Of a DNA stretch of 64,000 nucleotides, positions 1 to 12,200 are shown piece by piece. The position numbers and the translations under genes were made by a program. The DNA is from Yuukianura sp. NJ FZ-2021 (taxonomy: Eukaryota). The notes beneath the pieces are model-generated. The model did not search any database. It was not told the origin of the DNA and worked only from the letters and a program-made list of their open reading frames with translations. The stretch's first letter is position 1. Each line of letters opens with the position of its first letter. The stretch spans positions 8,184,001-8,248,000 of the forward strand of contig CM102290.1 of the NCBI GenBank assembly GCA_046563655.1, written 5' to 3'.

Positions 1-376
1 ATTGGCCTTAATATACTGCGGAAGTTTGTCAAAATACTGCCTAAATTCTTCAAATTCACTATCCGCCATATTCTTTTGGAGCTTTACTCTGCAGTTCTAA
101 AAGTTCTAAAAGCTATAGACTACGTTATCCTACTTTCACCAACAGCCTACAATCTAATACACTCTGCAGCCAGTCGGTGTTGCTTGTTGAATTAAATTTG
201 CTAATTGATGAATAAGATTAGTCTGATCTAAAAAGAAGCAAAGGCCTCAGCAGCTGTATTGAATTTGGATTGTGGCTTTCCAACCTTTGCTAACATGCAC
301 CAAACTTTCTATTGATTTTCTCCTGACTTTCTCCTCGGTATTTCTTACAACATCTTCCAGCGCTGTTTTGTGGCCT
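1..376 (-). CDS. Possible partial multi-exon gene of unknown function running off the window start
   Basis: Three minus-strand segments with AG/GT boundaries join in phase: HKTALEDVVRNTEEKVRRKSIESLVHVSK / DQTNLIHQLANLIQQATPTGCRV / VKLQKNMADSEFEEFRQYFDKLPQYIKAN. The 5' end could not be resolved and I recognise no family. Confidence 0.3.
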
Positions 377-807
377 TAAAGAAATCAATATTGGTGTGTA
401 AATGCACTTTATATTCCTAATCCTCCTGCGGAACTGTATCACATTCCCTGGAATTTCCTTCGACTCACAAGCATCTCCGTCCGTTCGGAAACAATCTCAC
501 TTTCACCCGCATTGTTCAATTTGCAAATTTTATGAGAGGATCTTTCAACTACGTAAAGATTAAATGCTTGCAAAGTTTTGATGTCTTTGAAAGAAAGCAA
601 CTTCAAAAACGACGAATTTCCGTTCATAAACATTTTTTGTCTTGCATTCCAGAGAAACCAAAATCGTCCAGAATATAAGTTCGCTATTTCAATTCAAATT
701 TTTCTAAAATTTTAAATCCAATCTTGCAAATTTGTTTCCAAGACCTCCAGCCCTTAGACTCGTCCATCTCCATTTAGCCAAACGTACAATTATCAGTGAT
801 AATTTTA

Positions 808-854
808 AAAATTTTAGAGGCCAGTGATAATTTATCACTGGCCTCTAAAATTTT
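808..854. repeat. Perfect 23-bp inverted repeat with a 1-nt loop
   Basis: aaaattttagaggccagtgataa-t-ttatcactggcctctaaaatttt. A shorter palindrome, aattatca-g-tgataatt, lies at 788-804. Confidence 0.95.
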
Positions 855-1169
855 ACTTTATGTTCTTGGTGCTAACTACCACTATAGTAACTATACACAC
901 CAATCTCGGTAGCGACTATGCGGTATGAAAACGCGGAATAACATCTCCGCATTAGTATTACACTAGAATAGATAATGTTGACTAGCAAACGTTCTCAATC
1001 GCCACATTACATCATTCGTCTGCCGAGCTTCAGAATTGCATTATTGTTAAAATGATGCCGACAACAGGTTGTTTGTTAATTTAGCAATGTTTTATATTAA
1101 TTTGGGTTTGCATCACTAAGCATTACATAATTTAACAAATGATTAGAGGATAACTTTTAGATTTACATC

Positions 1170-1277
1170 TACGCGTGAATTTTCCGTCAAATACGTGCAA
1201 AAGTTGAATTTCAGCTTTATTTTTCAAAATTCCAATTCCTCCAAAAGTTAGTGTGAAAGTGAATTTTTCAAAATTTT
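1170..1277 (-). repeat. Dispersed partial copy of the 176-bp repeat unit found at 53705-54270
   Basis: tacgcgtgaat...aaaagttgaatttcagct...tttttcaaaattccaattcctc...aagtgaattttt is the reverse complement of gaggaattggaattttgaaaaattcagctgaaattcaacttttg...attcacgcgta. Confidence 0.85.
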
Positions 1278-1292
1278 ACTTATTTATTCGCA

Positions 1293-3167
1293 ATGCCCAG
1301 CACAAGTGAAGGTGGTGACCACTATGATGTGTAGGATGCCGTACTAAGACCAATCACAAAATCAGCTGTGAAGGTAAGGAAAAGGACCATTATTGTAATT
1401 TTCGTCGACTTTTTATCGTTTTTGTTAATTTTGTTGCTCTCATTAACCTCGCAACATGCTTGTGCGTCGTAACCTTATTAACTTGACACCGGTTAATGCG
1501 CCATCATCATCTCTTCAGCCTGTGATAGCGACGGGACCTGAAGAAGACTACGAAAAGCCATACAAGGTAATTTGTCAAAAAGTTATGAAGGTGGACGACA
1601 CAAGTGTTGGGTATTTGGATTCCATGTGTGCTCAGTTATATTTTATACTAGATGATGAAAGCACTGCAAAATCGGCAGCTTGGGATGGTGAACGAAAGGA
1701 CATTTGTGGCAGAACAAGTCAACGAGCGACTCATGAATATGATTCCTTGTATTGACGAATTTCAATTGACGGATGAGTTGTATCAAGTTTTGGAATTGTC
1801 ACACGACAATGAGTTGTATGTAAAACAAGACTTATTCGAAGTACTGTAATGGGATGAGTGAAAACTAAACTGATTTGTTTTGGTTCTCAAAATAGGCTAC
1901 TGGCATCTACTGTAGACGAATTCCAAATATTCAATGCGAAAACATATATCCCGCAATACAAAAAGTTGACATGCCGAGGAAATGGCTTTCTCAATTCTGA
2001 TGGAAATCCCGTGCTTCTGCCTCGAGTCTCTTTGCTATGGAACAGAACGGACCACAATATGTTTACCAAGACCGGAGGGACCGGAACGCTGGAAATTTGG
2101 GATGTGAACGCATTGTCTGGCCCACGCGACACGTCCCCGCTCTATGGTGAACGGGATTACCAAAACTATGCTTACCACGCTCTAGATGCGGAGGACATGT
2201 GCGTTATATCAGGTACGCAGTGTTTTCTGCATTCTGCTCATTACAACTACGATTTAGTAGCAATGGGAAATGGTTGACTAGATAAATTCTTTTTCGAGCA
2301 GCTCTAGAGGAAAGAACTGGTACCATAAACGTCTTGGACATAAGAATTGGGCTTGAAACTCCTGTGATGAAGATACAAGATAATACAGCTTCAAAAACAG
2401 TAAGCAACGTCTGTTTATAAAAATCTTCTAAGGTTGTGGTTAACTTAAATGAAGTTTGACTTTCCTGCAGCTGGGAACGCGCAAATTTGCAAACTTGGCT
2501 TATAATCCTGCGATTTCACACAGACTGACTACGGTGGGCTATTTCAATCGACCCGGGAAACCTCCTTGCTGTCAAATGAGTGACTATGATACAAGAACCG
2601 GCCGGAAACCGTTGTTTTCATATGACTTGTGTAAGGATTGAATCATTGACTTAAACTCCACTAACAATGTTTACCCATTAGAACTGCTCAACATGTTGTA
2701 CCTTTTCTTATATAATTTCAGATAATGATGCCAGAATGCTCAATGAGTATATTCCGATCCAGTTTAGCGGAGATGCTCACAAGGTTTACACTGCCATCGC
2801 AGGAGACTTGTACTGCTTTGATACAACGAACGGACGACTCCTGAATCGGGTACTTCTCTACGAGAAGCACGGATTGACAAGACCAAACTTTCGGGTGTCT
2901 TACGGATCGACTCCGGAGCACTTGTTCATTCCGTTGAGGTACGGCATCAAGGTTTTTGATGCCAATAAGCTCTCAGTTGTTTCCCGAATTCCGCTTCCAG
3001 AAATACCAAGTCACCGCAACGATTCAATTCCGATAGCATTGGACACCACGCGTCAAATCATGTACGTTGCTGATGCTGAACTACGCGTTTACTGCACACT
3101 TTCTGAAGATAATCATCTGGAGCAAGGACTTCCCAAACCATCGATTGTGGTTTATATTGATAAGTAG
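1293..3167 (+). CDS. Uncharacterised WD40/beta-propeller-like protein, 7 exons; exon 1 carries an in-frame TAG, so the functional start may be the ATG at 1652
   Basis: Phase-consistent GT-AG exons: 1293-1373, 1519-1566, 1652-1815, 1896-2212, 2302-2399, 2471-2630, 2722-3167. Blade-end motifs resemble WD repeats: GTLEIWDV, GTINVLDIR, MSDYDTRTG, LYCFDTTNG, IKVFDA. Confidence 0.7.
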
Positions 3168-3762
3168 ATCAATTACTTGGTCCTACTCCTTTGTAACTTT
3201 AGCAGTCAATTAGTAATTAACTTTCGAATTTAGTTTAATTTTGTTGTAATCCGTCCACCGAAATAGCTTGTGAATTTTTCTGATCTAGCATTTTCTTTTT
3301 TGATTTTCCTGTTCTGTCATACGATTCTCAGATTTTGTATACTTGATGATTGGCAGTAAGTAAGAAGCACTCCAGTGATTTTGTGTTCAATCTTCGGCTA
3401 TTCATGTTCAGTTCCTAGACAAAACCTTCTAGTTGATTGACATACACGTTAGGAAGTCTAATTAGGCTTAAGAAATACTTTTTCTACTTTTTCTTGTGAA
3501 AATTTAATTATGAGAATGGGGTGGTGCTAGTACTCTATATGCAATACTCTGGGAACTAGTACGCACTACTATTCCGAATTAGGATAACCTCAATTGAGAA
3601 GTGGTTAAAAACTTGGGAAAGCAGGGACTTTCTCGTCCACTTTCATTTGTGTAATAACGATTTCCTTAAATGTTCATGGTCCGCGTAAAGACTTCTTTTT
3701 ATATTTTTCTACTCGGGTCAATTCGTATTTGTAAAAAGCTTACGATAAAAATTTGAGTAACG

Positions 3763-6700
3763 ATGTCAGTCATGTGGAGGGAGTTAGTGCACCAATTAGT
3801 ATCTAAATTCCGAGGATTAATTGTAGTAGCAGTCTTACTTCTCGGGAGTCGAAGCATTTGTAATGTAAGGGGACAGGCTTCCTCAGGGTAAGTGTTTAAA
3901 AGTTACAATTGGACTGTTAATTATATTAAGTCGATTGTTTGAAGGTCATTTAGTACATTACCTACCACTCTTCCGTTGTATATTCCTTTCCTACTTATTG
4001 TACTTTCAATTTGCTTTACGTTAATTTACACGAATTTATGTCCACGACCTGAGTAAGGTCAAAATCAAGACTTACGTTTACTAAAAAATTAGGCGATGAC
4101 GATTTACAAATTTAAAGTTCAGTTGTTTTAGAGCTGATAAACTGCTTTTATGTAATTGTTCAAATACGCTTGAATGCGGTTTCATTAGGGTCGTTGTATG
4201 TAAGTTCTGTGTGAAGTGAAGTATTCAACACCTTCCGTATTTATTATACAATTCATCTTTGTAACAAAATTCAAGAATATGAAAATATTAAACGAAAACT
4301 CAAATCGATTTTGTCAAAACTAGCTTCAATTGGCAATTCATTTTTTTTTATTTTCTTCTGATAGGTTTGTGGCTGAGATTGTTTGGACAGAAGAGACGCT
4401 GAGGTTTATGGTGTATGCTTTGGAAAAAATGGTTGGAACAAAGTAAGGAAATACTATTACCAAAACAATAATTTCAAAATTTTAATTTTTGCTTGCATTG
4501 ATTTTACAGATGCCTAACGTTTGCATCTGACGAACACCTTGGATACATGACTGGATCTCTCTCAGCTTGCAAGTTTCACCTAAAATTTTGCTCAGTCTAC
4601 AACTACGAAATTCGTTATGACGGTAATTGATAATTTCACAATTCCAAATTTGGATTGTTTAAAAATGTTTATATTTTTTTTTAATGTTTTTGGAAATTCT
4701 TAGGTGGAAACCTAAGCACGACGATCGAGGACACATTAAAAGCTGGCTACGACCGCCGATGTGCTGGCTATGTCATACTGTTCCGTGATACAAGTCGGGT
4801 CATCGAGTTCCTAGAAGCGGGTCACCTACAGCGCATTGTCAACACGAGAGCAAGGTCAGGAGTTTCTGTGCTTTGAAAGTCAGGCACTTCATTTCAGCTA
4901 CTCAGAATATCTCGCATCCGGTTTGGTGTTCGGGAAACGAAGTCTGACATATCATGCTACTCATGATGTTACTGTATTTTTGGTACCTAGGTTCTTAATT
5001 TGGTACGATGGGAACGACAAGACATTTGAAGCCAACTACCTCTGGGAAAAAATTCCCGACGTGATCTTTTTTCACTCAAAGCCAAAGAAAAGGCAACAGT
5101 AAAAACACTTTTCCTTTTCAACTCTACCTTGCCTGTCACTTTCACTCAATTAGAAACCACCGCGAAGGCGTTGCCGAGTAGTAAACCTAGATTCTTCAAG
5201 TCTTTCAACTCTGATTGGTTGAAACTGGATGTTTATTTTGGGCTATTTTTTTTTTACAGAGGTCTACTATTTACGGTTCGTCAACTGAAATGGCCAGTGG
5301 CATCAAATTCAACGGAATCTCGACTCCGCGTTTTGGAATTCTGGGCAGACAAAAGCTTACAAAATGGAAATGGGCAGATCTGGTTTTATGACAAAACGTT
5401 GGATTTGAAAAACGTTACTTTGCGGATTGTCGTAGTCGAACATCCTCCTGGGGTCATCAAGTACATCGATTCTTCTGGAGCAGTAAAAGCAGTCGACTTT
5501 ACACAGTTTATAACTTTTAAAGACTTTTATTTTCAGGTCAAATATGCTGGAACGGAAATTCAAATCATGCGAAGTCTATCAAAGACTATGAAATTTTCTT
5601 ATGAGTTTCATGATGCGGATCCAGAAACTAAATGGGGAGGTCAAGTGGCCGGAAACAAGTCATGCCCAGGAGAAAGGCGGTTTCAAGGAGCTGTAGCCCG
5701 ACTGATTTATGGTGAGGCGGATATTGGAATTGGATCGTTCTTTCTACTGAAGCACTACTTGGATTACGTCGACATGAGCATTCCGCTAGAAGTGGCTTGT
5801 ACATCACTCATGACTCCAAATCCACTTCAGAGACCTCGCTATCTAGCCCTGATTTTGCCATTTCGTACTGACCTTTGGCTACTTCTCATTGCCACTTCCC
5901 TAGTCATTGGACCTGGACTCATGACGATCTTCTTTGCGGCTCACAGAATCCCCGGAAGTCAAGAATATTCTGTGTTTAGACCAAAACAAGCGTGCCTAAC
6001 TTCTTTTCGGATCATGGCCCAAGTGGCTATTCACCTTTGGCCTAAGTTATGGCCAATGAGACTGTTCATAGGATGGTACTGGGTGTTCTGGTTCTGCGTA
6101 ACCTCTGGATACAGAGGAGCTATGGTCTCCTTTTTAACAATTCCACTTTACGAAAAGTCAATTGACAACCTTCACGACTTGGAAGCATCTGAACTACAAC
6201 TAGGTGGTTGGGGAACAGAACTTCAGCGGATTTTCTTGCAGCATCTTCAAGTAAACAGCAATGTTAAAATGGGAAAGAGTTTGACAAATCGCTATGAGGT
6301 ACATTTCAATTATTTTTGAACATTTAGAACATAAAGGACCGGATAAACAATTTTTGATGCTAGGTGATTAATAATTTGGACGAAGGAATCTCTAGAGTCG
6401 CTGGCGGAAAGTTTGCATTGTACGAAAATGTTCGATTTTTGAAATTTATTCGAATGACAAGAAACATAAGCGCAGCTGGATCTCCAACGATGCGCGTCAT
6501 GAGACAGTGTGTTGTCCCTGTTCATATTGGATTTTTGTATCAGAAGAATTCAGCTCTCACGCAGACAATCAACAGGTAGACGCCATACATCAATTTAATT
6601 CAGAAACGACATGAAGTATTTTTTTCAGGTTGTAAAAACTTCAAAAACAAGCAGAATGTTTCTTTCCCACCGATTTTAGAAAATTCGTAATAATTTTAAG

Positions 6701-8762
6701 TAAAGTAATTAATTTTAAGTAAGTTTAATTGAGTAAGTAATTTTAGAAAGGTAATTTCTTCACTGCTGAATTCACAAAAATATGTAACTCTTTTCAGAAA
6801 TTTAAAAAACAGGTACCCTCAGATTTTGACCAAATTTCACAAAAATTTCACAAATTTGACGAGAAACTTGATGTTCCATTTTGGAGTTTTTAATATTCCT
6901 AAAAATTCTTCATACTTTTTGAAAGTTTTTCGTGAATAGGTTACACCTCTATCGCTTTCCGTTCACGAGATATAAAATTTCAAAATTTCATTTTAATTTT
7001 CAAAAACTTGGAAAATTCATATCTCGGGAACGGGGAGTGATAGAGAGGTAAACTCTTCGCCCCTGAATTCACAAAAATATGTAGTCTTTCTAGAAATTTT
7101 AAAAAGGTACCCTCAGATTTTGACCAAATTTCGAAAAAATCCATGGACTATAGTCCATGGTTTTTTTCAAAATTTGACGAAAAACTTGATGTTCCATTTT
7201 GGAGTTTTCAATATTCCTAAAAATTCTTCATACTTTTTGAAAGTTTTTCGTGAAGGGATTAGATCTCTATCGCTTTCCGTTCACGAGATATAAAATTTCA
7301 AAATTTCATTTTAATTTTCAACAACTTGGAAAATTCATATCTCGGGAACGGGGTGTGATAGAGAGGTAAACTCTTCAGTCCTGAATTCACAAAAATATGT
7401 AGTATTTTTAAAAATTTTAAAAAGGTACCCTCAGATTTTGACCAAATTTCGAAAAAATCCATGGACTATAGTCCATGGTTTTTTTTCAAAATTTGACGAA
7501 AAACTTGATGTTCCATTTTGGAGTTTTCAATATTCCTAAAAATTCTTCATATTTGTTGAAACTTTTTCGCGAAGAGATTTGGTCTCTAACGCTTTCCGTT
7601 GCCGAGATATAAATTTTCAAAATTTTATTTTAATTGAAGTTTTGGAAACAATCTTCTTTTTTTTTCAAAACGTACAGTAGTGGAGTAGAAAGTTCTCATG
7701 CTGTTTTTCTCCGCACAAACTGATTCTACTTCTCAGCATGAGCAGAATGTTTAGATACTAATACCGGTGCCTTCTCCTTCCTTCCCATCGTTCACTTTTT
7801 ATTTTGCTTTCTTTAGGCAATTAATTACACATGAATTAAAACTACCAATCAAACAACCATAGGCGCATTTTGATTTTTTTTATTTGTCTTTCTATGAAAA
7901 AAAAAAGACAGAAACACAACAAGCACAGTCACATAAACTTATGTTTATTTGAAATGGATGCCAATTTGTTAACATAATGTCATAATACACAAAGAATACA
8001 AATGCTTACTTCTTGAAATCACATTCGATAGTTTTACTGGTAGCGTTACAAAATTAAACCAAAATAGTACACAGTAAGCTCGAGAACATACGTACACTCG
8101 CATTTTACAACAGAGCGAGAACGGTTATACGTGCTTTAATTCATTAACTAGAATAAATATAATTGTCTTTAACTTTAGGTACATCAGATCATTTCAAGAA
8201 TCAGGGCTAACAAAACGTTGGGCTCAGCGTCTCGTGGCCTTGACCCGCGAGCACCAACGGAATAAACCCGAGGCTTCAGGAGTAGATCGCAGCGGTGGGA
8301 GCGTGGAGGGGGGCGATTCCTCGGAATCGGATAGTTCCAGAAATTCGAGGAGCCAACGCGTCCTCCGCCTCCAGGACCTACAGGTAGTAAAGCGTGTCTG
8401 TGTGTGTGACATGACACAAAACTAATCAGCCTAATACCTAATCAAACACAATCACAAAGCCTCCAAATACCCGGGTAGCCCGACCAAAGTGGGTGTGTAC
8501 ATTATTTGCTCTTCTTTGTTTTTAGGGAGCTGTCTACGTTCTGTTCCTAGGCCTTGGTGTCTCTGGCCTTAGTTTCAGTGCTGAATTGTTGTATCGCCGG
8601 CGGAGTCGTTCCAGGAAATTGGAGGCGAACAAAGTGGTCAACAAGTCTAGGATGATTACTAGGGCGTGGGAGCTAAAGTCTAAAGTTGTGGATGTCAGGG
8701 TCAGGCCGAAGCCTAAGTCAAAACAACTTCGAAAACGACCACCTTTCCCCTACTTAGACTAG
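3763..8762 (+). CDS. Ir68a: Ionotropic receptor (variant iGluR), IR68a-like
   Basis: Exons: 3763/3772-3887 (signal-peptide-like), 4365-4442, 4510-4622, 4704-4854, 4991-5098, 5260-5482, 5537-6298, 6364-6575, 8179-8383, 8526-8762. IR architecture is visible in S1 (ADIGIG..DMSIP), M1 (LILPF..DLW), M3 (MRLFIGWYW..YRGAMVSFLT), S2 (FALYEN, QKNSAL, FQESGL) and M4. The motifs CAGYVIL..IVNTRARF..YLWEKI and LGGWG match my recollection of the IR68a clade. The family call is secure; the orthology is less so. Confidence 0.75.
6760..7635. repeat. About 2.8 tandem copies of a ~318-bp internally palindromic repeat in an IR intron
   Basis: gaattcacaaaaa..tatgt recurs at ~6768, ~7065 and ~7383. The perfect 20-bp palindrome ccatggactatagtccatgg occurs at 7141-7160 and 7459-7478. 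There is an internal imperfect inverted repeat, ctctatcgctttccgttcacgagatat / atatctcgggaacggggagtgatagag. Confidence 0.9.
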
Positions 8763-9267
8763 TATTCAAATTTCTCGTTGTTAAAAACTTAATTCTAATT
8801 CTCTTTGTTGACGCCTATTGAAATGTGTGCAAATTATAAGTAGAGGAGGGAAAAATTATAAAAAATTATAAGCTGCGACATCGATTATTCAATACAAACT
8901 TGACAATTGTTAAATTGTTTGTACGCTAAAAGGTTGCTTAAACATACTGCTGAAAAGTTGGCAAGAGATAAGAATGGATTTATCAGTCCTTTGCAAATTG
9001 AACTCTGGACAAAATTGACTTCTGGTATGACGGTGAACGTACAGAAATATTGATGAGATGAACTGTAGATATTTGAGCTCGTGGAACAACTTCTGCGAAG
9101 CTATAAATTAGCCACCCAGAATTTTGTGTGAGATTAAATTACCTTAACCATATTTCCTTTGAATTGGTTTTTGTCAAAACCTTTGAACTACTTACTACGT
9201 AACTTGGTAACTACTAATCGAATTACTACGTCTAGAAATAATACCCACGCTCAGCTGAAGTTGCTTT

Positions 9268-12200
9268 TTACTCTTCTTCCGGTGGGGAAAGAGTCCATTG
9301 AAGAGTAATTTCTTCAACATCAATTTCCTCAGAACAAAGTCTAACAACAATAGCATCATCTTCAGCTTCTTTGGCGACTAGTACACGTTGGTCCCCTTCA
9401 GGAGATCCAGCCAAACACATCATCCCTTCTGGCTGACCCTGGAACTGAAAATAAGTTTAAAACTTTTTTGTTTTATGTTTCCCAGTCTGTGAATATTTCG
9501 AACGAGAAAAGTATAGAAGTAGGCTGTTCTTGTACTTACTGACATGGCGGAGATAGATTTGTCGGAAGCGATTGGGCGGAGAAGCGTGTCTCGTGATGGA
9601 GTGGATACAATCAGATTGTGTCCATTGGGTGAATATCGTTCTTCTTCAGAGTAACCAACACGTCTAAATTTCGAAGAACTTTTTGCTGCCAAGGAAGCGT
9701 TGGCAGCCATTGACGGCATTGTGAACGTCCGACTGACAGAAACTGACACTTCCTTCCGTACGGTGTCCTTGACTTTGCCACAAGTGAGGCGACTAGCTAG
9801 AGAGTAGAGGGCGTTCCGCATGGCCATCCGAAATTCTTTCAAGTGATAGGCATACCTGAAACGGAATGAAATAAAAAAATAAGCTGTTCATGAGGTTAAA
9901 AAAACTTGGTATATAAACTAAATTCGAATTACGTACAAAAATGGATTCATTGCCGAATTGGCATGGGAAAGAATAATTGTGAAGTTCACCACTTCCAGTG
10001 GAACCATACAAGTGGGACAGAATGCCTAAAGAAAAAATCAATTCATTTCAGCTCCTGTGGCTACCGTTGTAGTTTTTCTTTAAAATAAGTTCGAATTTTC
10101 AATAACTTGCCTGGACGCAGTTAATCGTGTACAGTGGCATCCAGCAAATCATGAAAAAGAGAACAATGATGCTCAATTTTTTAGCTGCTTTTCCTTCCCG
10201 CCTTTTCTCGGACACAATCACGCGCATCATTTGCGTCGAATCCCGGACGTCTGAATTCAGTGATCCTGACCGTGATGCTTCCGATTGGCGACGAGCACCA
10301 CCGGGAGCCAAAGTCCCTTTTTGTCGAATCTGTCAACCGTCAAAAGTGTAACCATTTAGTAGTCGGATCAACGCTAACATTGGGGGAGAAAGTGTTTGCG
10401 TAAGTGCAAGTCGTCTTACCTTGATGAGAACGATATGATAAATGTAGCCGTAGAAACAGGCCATAAGGAGAGCAGGGAACACAATAGTTGTAAAGTAAAT
10501 GAAAACGATGTAATTGTAGTCCATGACCTTTGTAAAGTAGCAGTGACTTTGATTGTTCCATCCTTCTTCATTGTACCAACCGAACAGAGGAAGAAATCCA
10601 ATAATTGCACCAACAATCCAGCACGAAACGATAATCGCTGCAAATAATTCACAAAATCGATTAGTGCCAAACATAATTCTGTCAAAAAAAATTCACGCGC
10701 AGTAGTTTATTTTTAAAACTACAAGTATACCTTTGGAAGGGGACATGATTAGCTTTTAGTTTATTCAAATGGTTAAAAAAACGTCGCCTTAAACTAACTG
10801 GAGTGAGTCTTAAACTGTAACAACTTTATAGTTCTTTCAGTAAATGAAAGCAGGCAAGCAAAATGTGTCAAGCTAAAGTTCGTACCACCAAAGTGAAAGT
10901 AATTTTCGAGTTCCAAGTTCATAAAAACGAATTTTTATTCGTCATAAGGCAGGGAGGGTGAATGTGATGAAGTGCCTCTGGCAGTGACGCAGAAGGGAAA
11001 TATTTTTCGAGACTTTTAGTTTAGTAGCTAAAAAAATATATGCTTGCGTAGCATGTAAATTATTTTTACTGTTGGATTTTACATGATTAACGGCCTTATT
11101 TCCCACAAATATTTTTTAGCCTAAAAAAACTTTCCATATACTTTTAGTAGTTATTTGTTTCAATCTGTTAGCAAAACCAATTCCCCCTCCAGGAGAAATA
11201 TGATCTCCAGGAAGCCAAAAAGTAAAAAATTGAAAGGAGAGTACTAAAGCGTCCTTATTAATATTTTATGATCCATACAAATCCCTAAGGAAGATCTACT
11301 GATAGTCTCCTGTTTTAGTACCACGCCAGTCAGCGTTTCAGCGATGGAGAAAATCAGCTTCTTCAAAATGCATAAAAGCATCTCTGGAACCCCTTGGGTC
11401 ATATAATTCAAGTTGCCGCTCGTTTTTCCTTCATTAGCTTCCACGACACACTTAAGCACAATGTCACCACCGCCGCAATCATGTGCCGTGTTACCTCACT
11501 TCAAAAATGTCGAAAACTTCACATATTCCTCCCTTCACCCTCAATTTTTAAAACCTTTAATATTTTTTAAAATTTTTACCCTCTAAAAACCAACAAGTAG
11601 AAAATTCATTTCAAAATTTTAGCTGTTAAGCCCTCTAAAAAATATGTACAATCCATTGACGATGAAAAAGTTTCAACTGTAAGTAAAGCTATTCAACATA
11701 CAAATTTGTATGATTAATTAGTTATTTGAAAAACGTTGGACATGGTCCCTGTAGACAATTGTCAACGAACAAAAAGAACTTTTGTTCTGTTCAATTTGAT
11801 TTCCCAAATGTTTAGGAAATGAAGCAATTTTCAAAAAAAAATATGGACCGGCGGATAATAGCATGTTGTAGTTGTATCGAAATTTGGACTCGATGTCGTG
11901 CGACAAATTTTCTATGCATAGCACGATAGCATTTGCCCTGACGAACTTTGATCGATTAGCGTCAGTTGTCCGTGACATACCAACCTATATTTCTTTGTAC
12001 TGTACATATCCACCCATTGCTGGCAATTTTGTTCGCAAATACATTCCAGAGAAGTCTGGACTTTCAAATCCAGGTACAAAAAATTGACTAATTCATTAAC
12101 CTTGTGCTCAATTTTATTAATAACTTTTGGATTTTCGGCTTAATATTTGGATTTCTTGACAAGTTTTAAAAACAGAAAGGTAAATTTACAAAGTATTATA

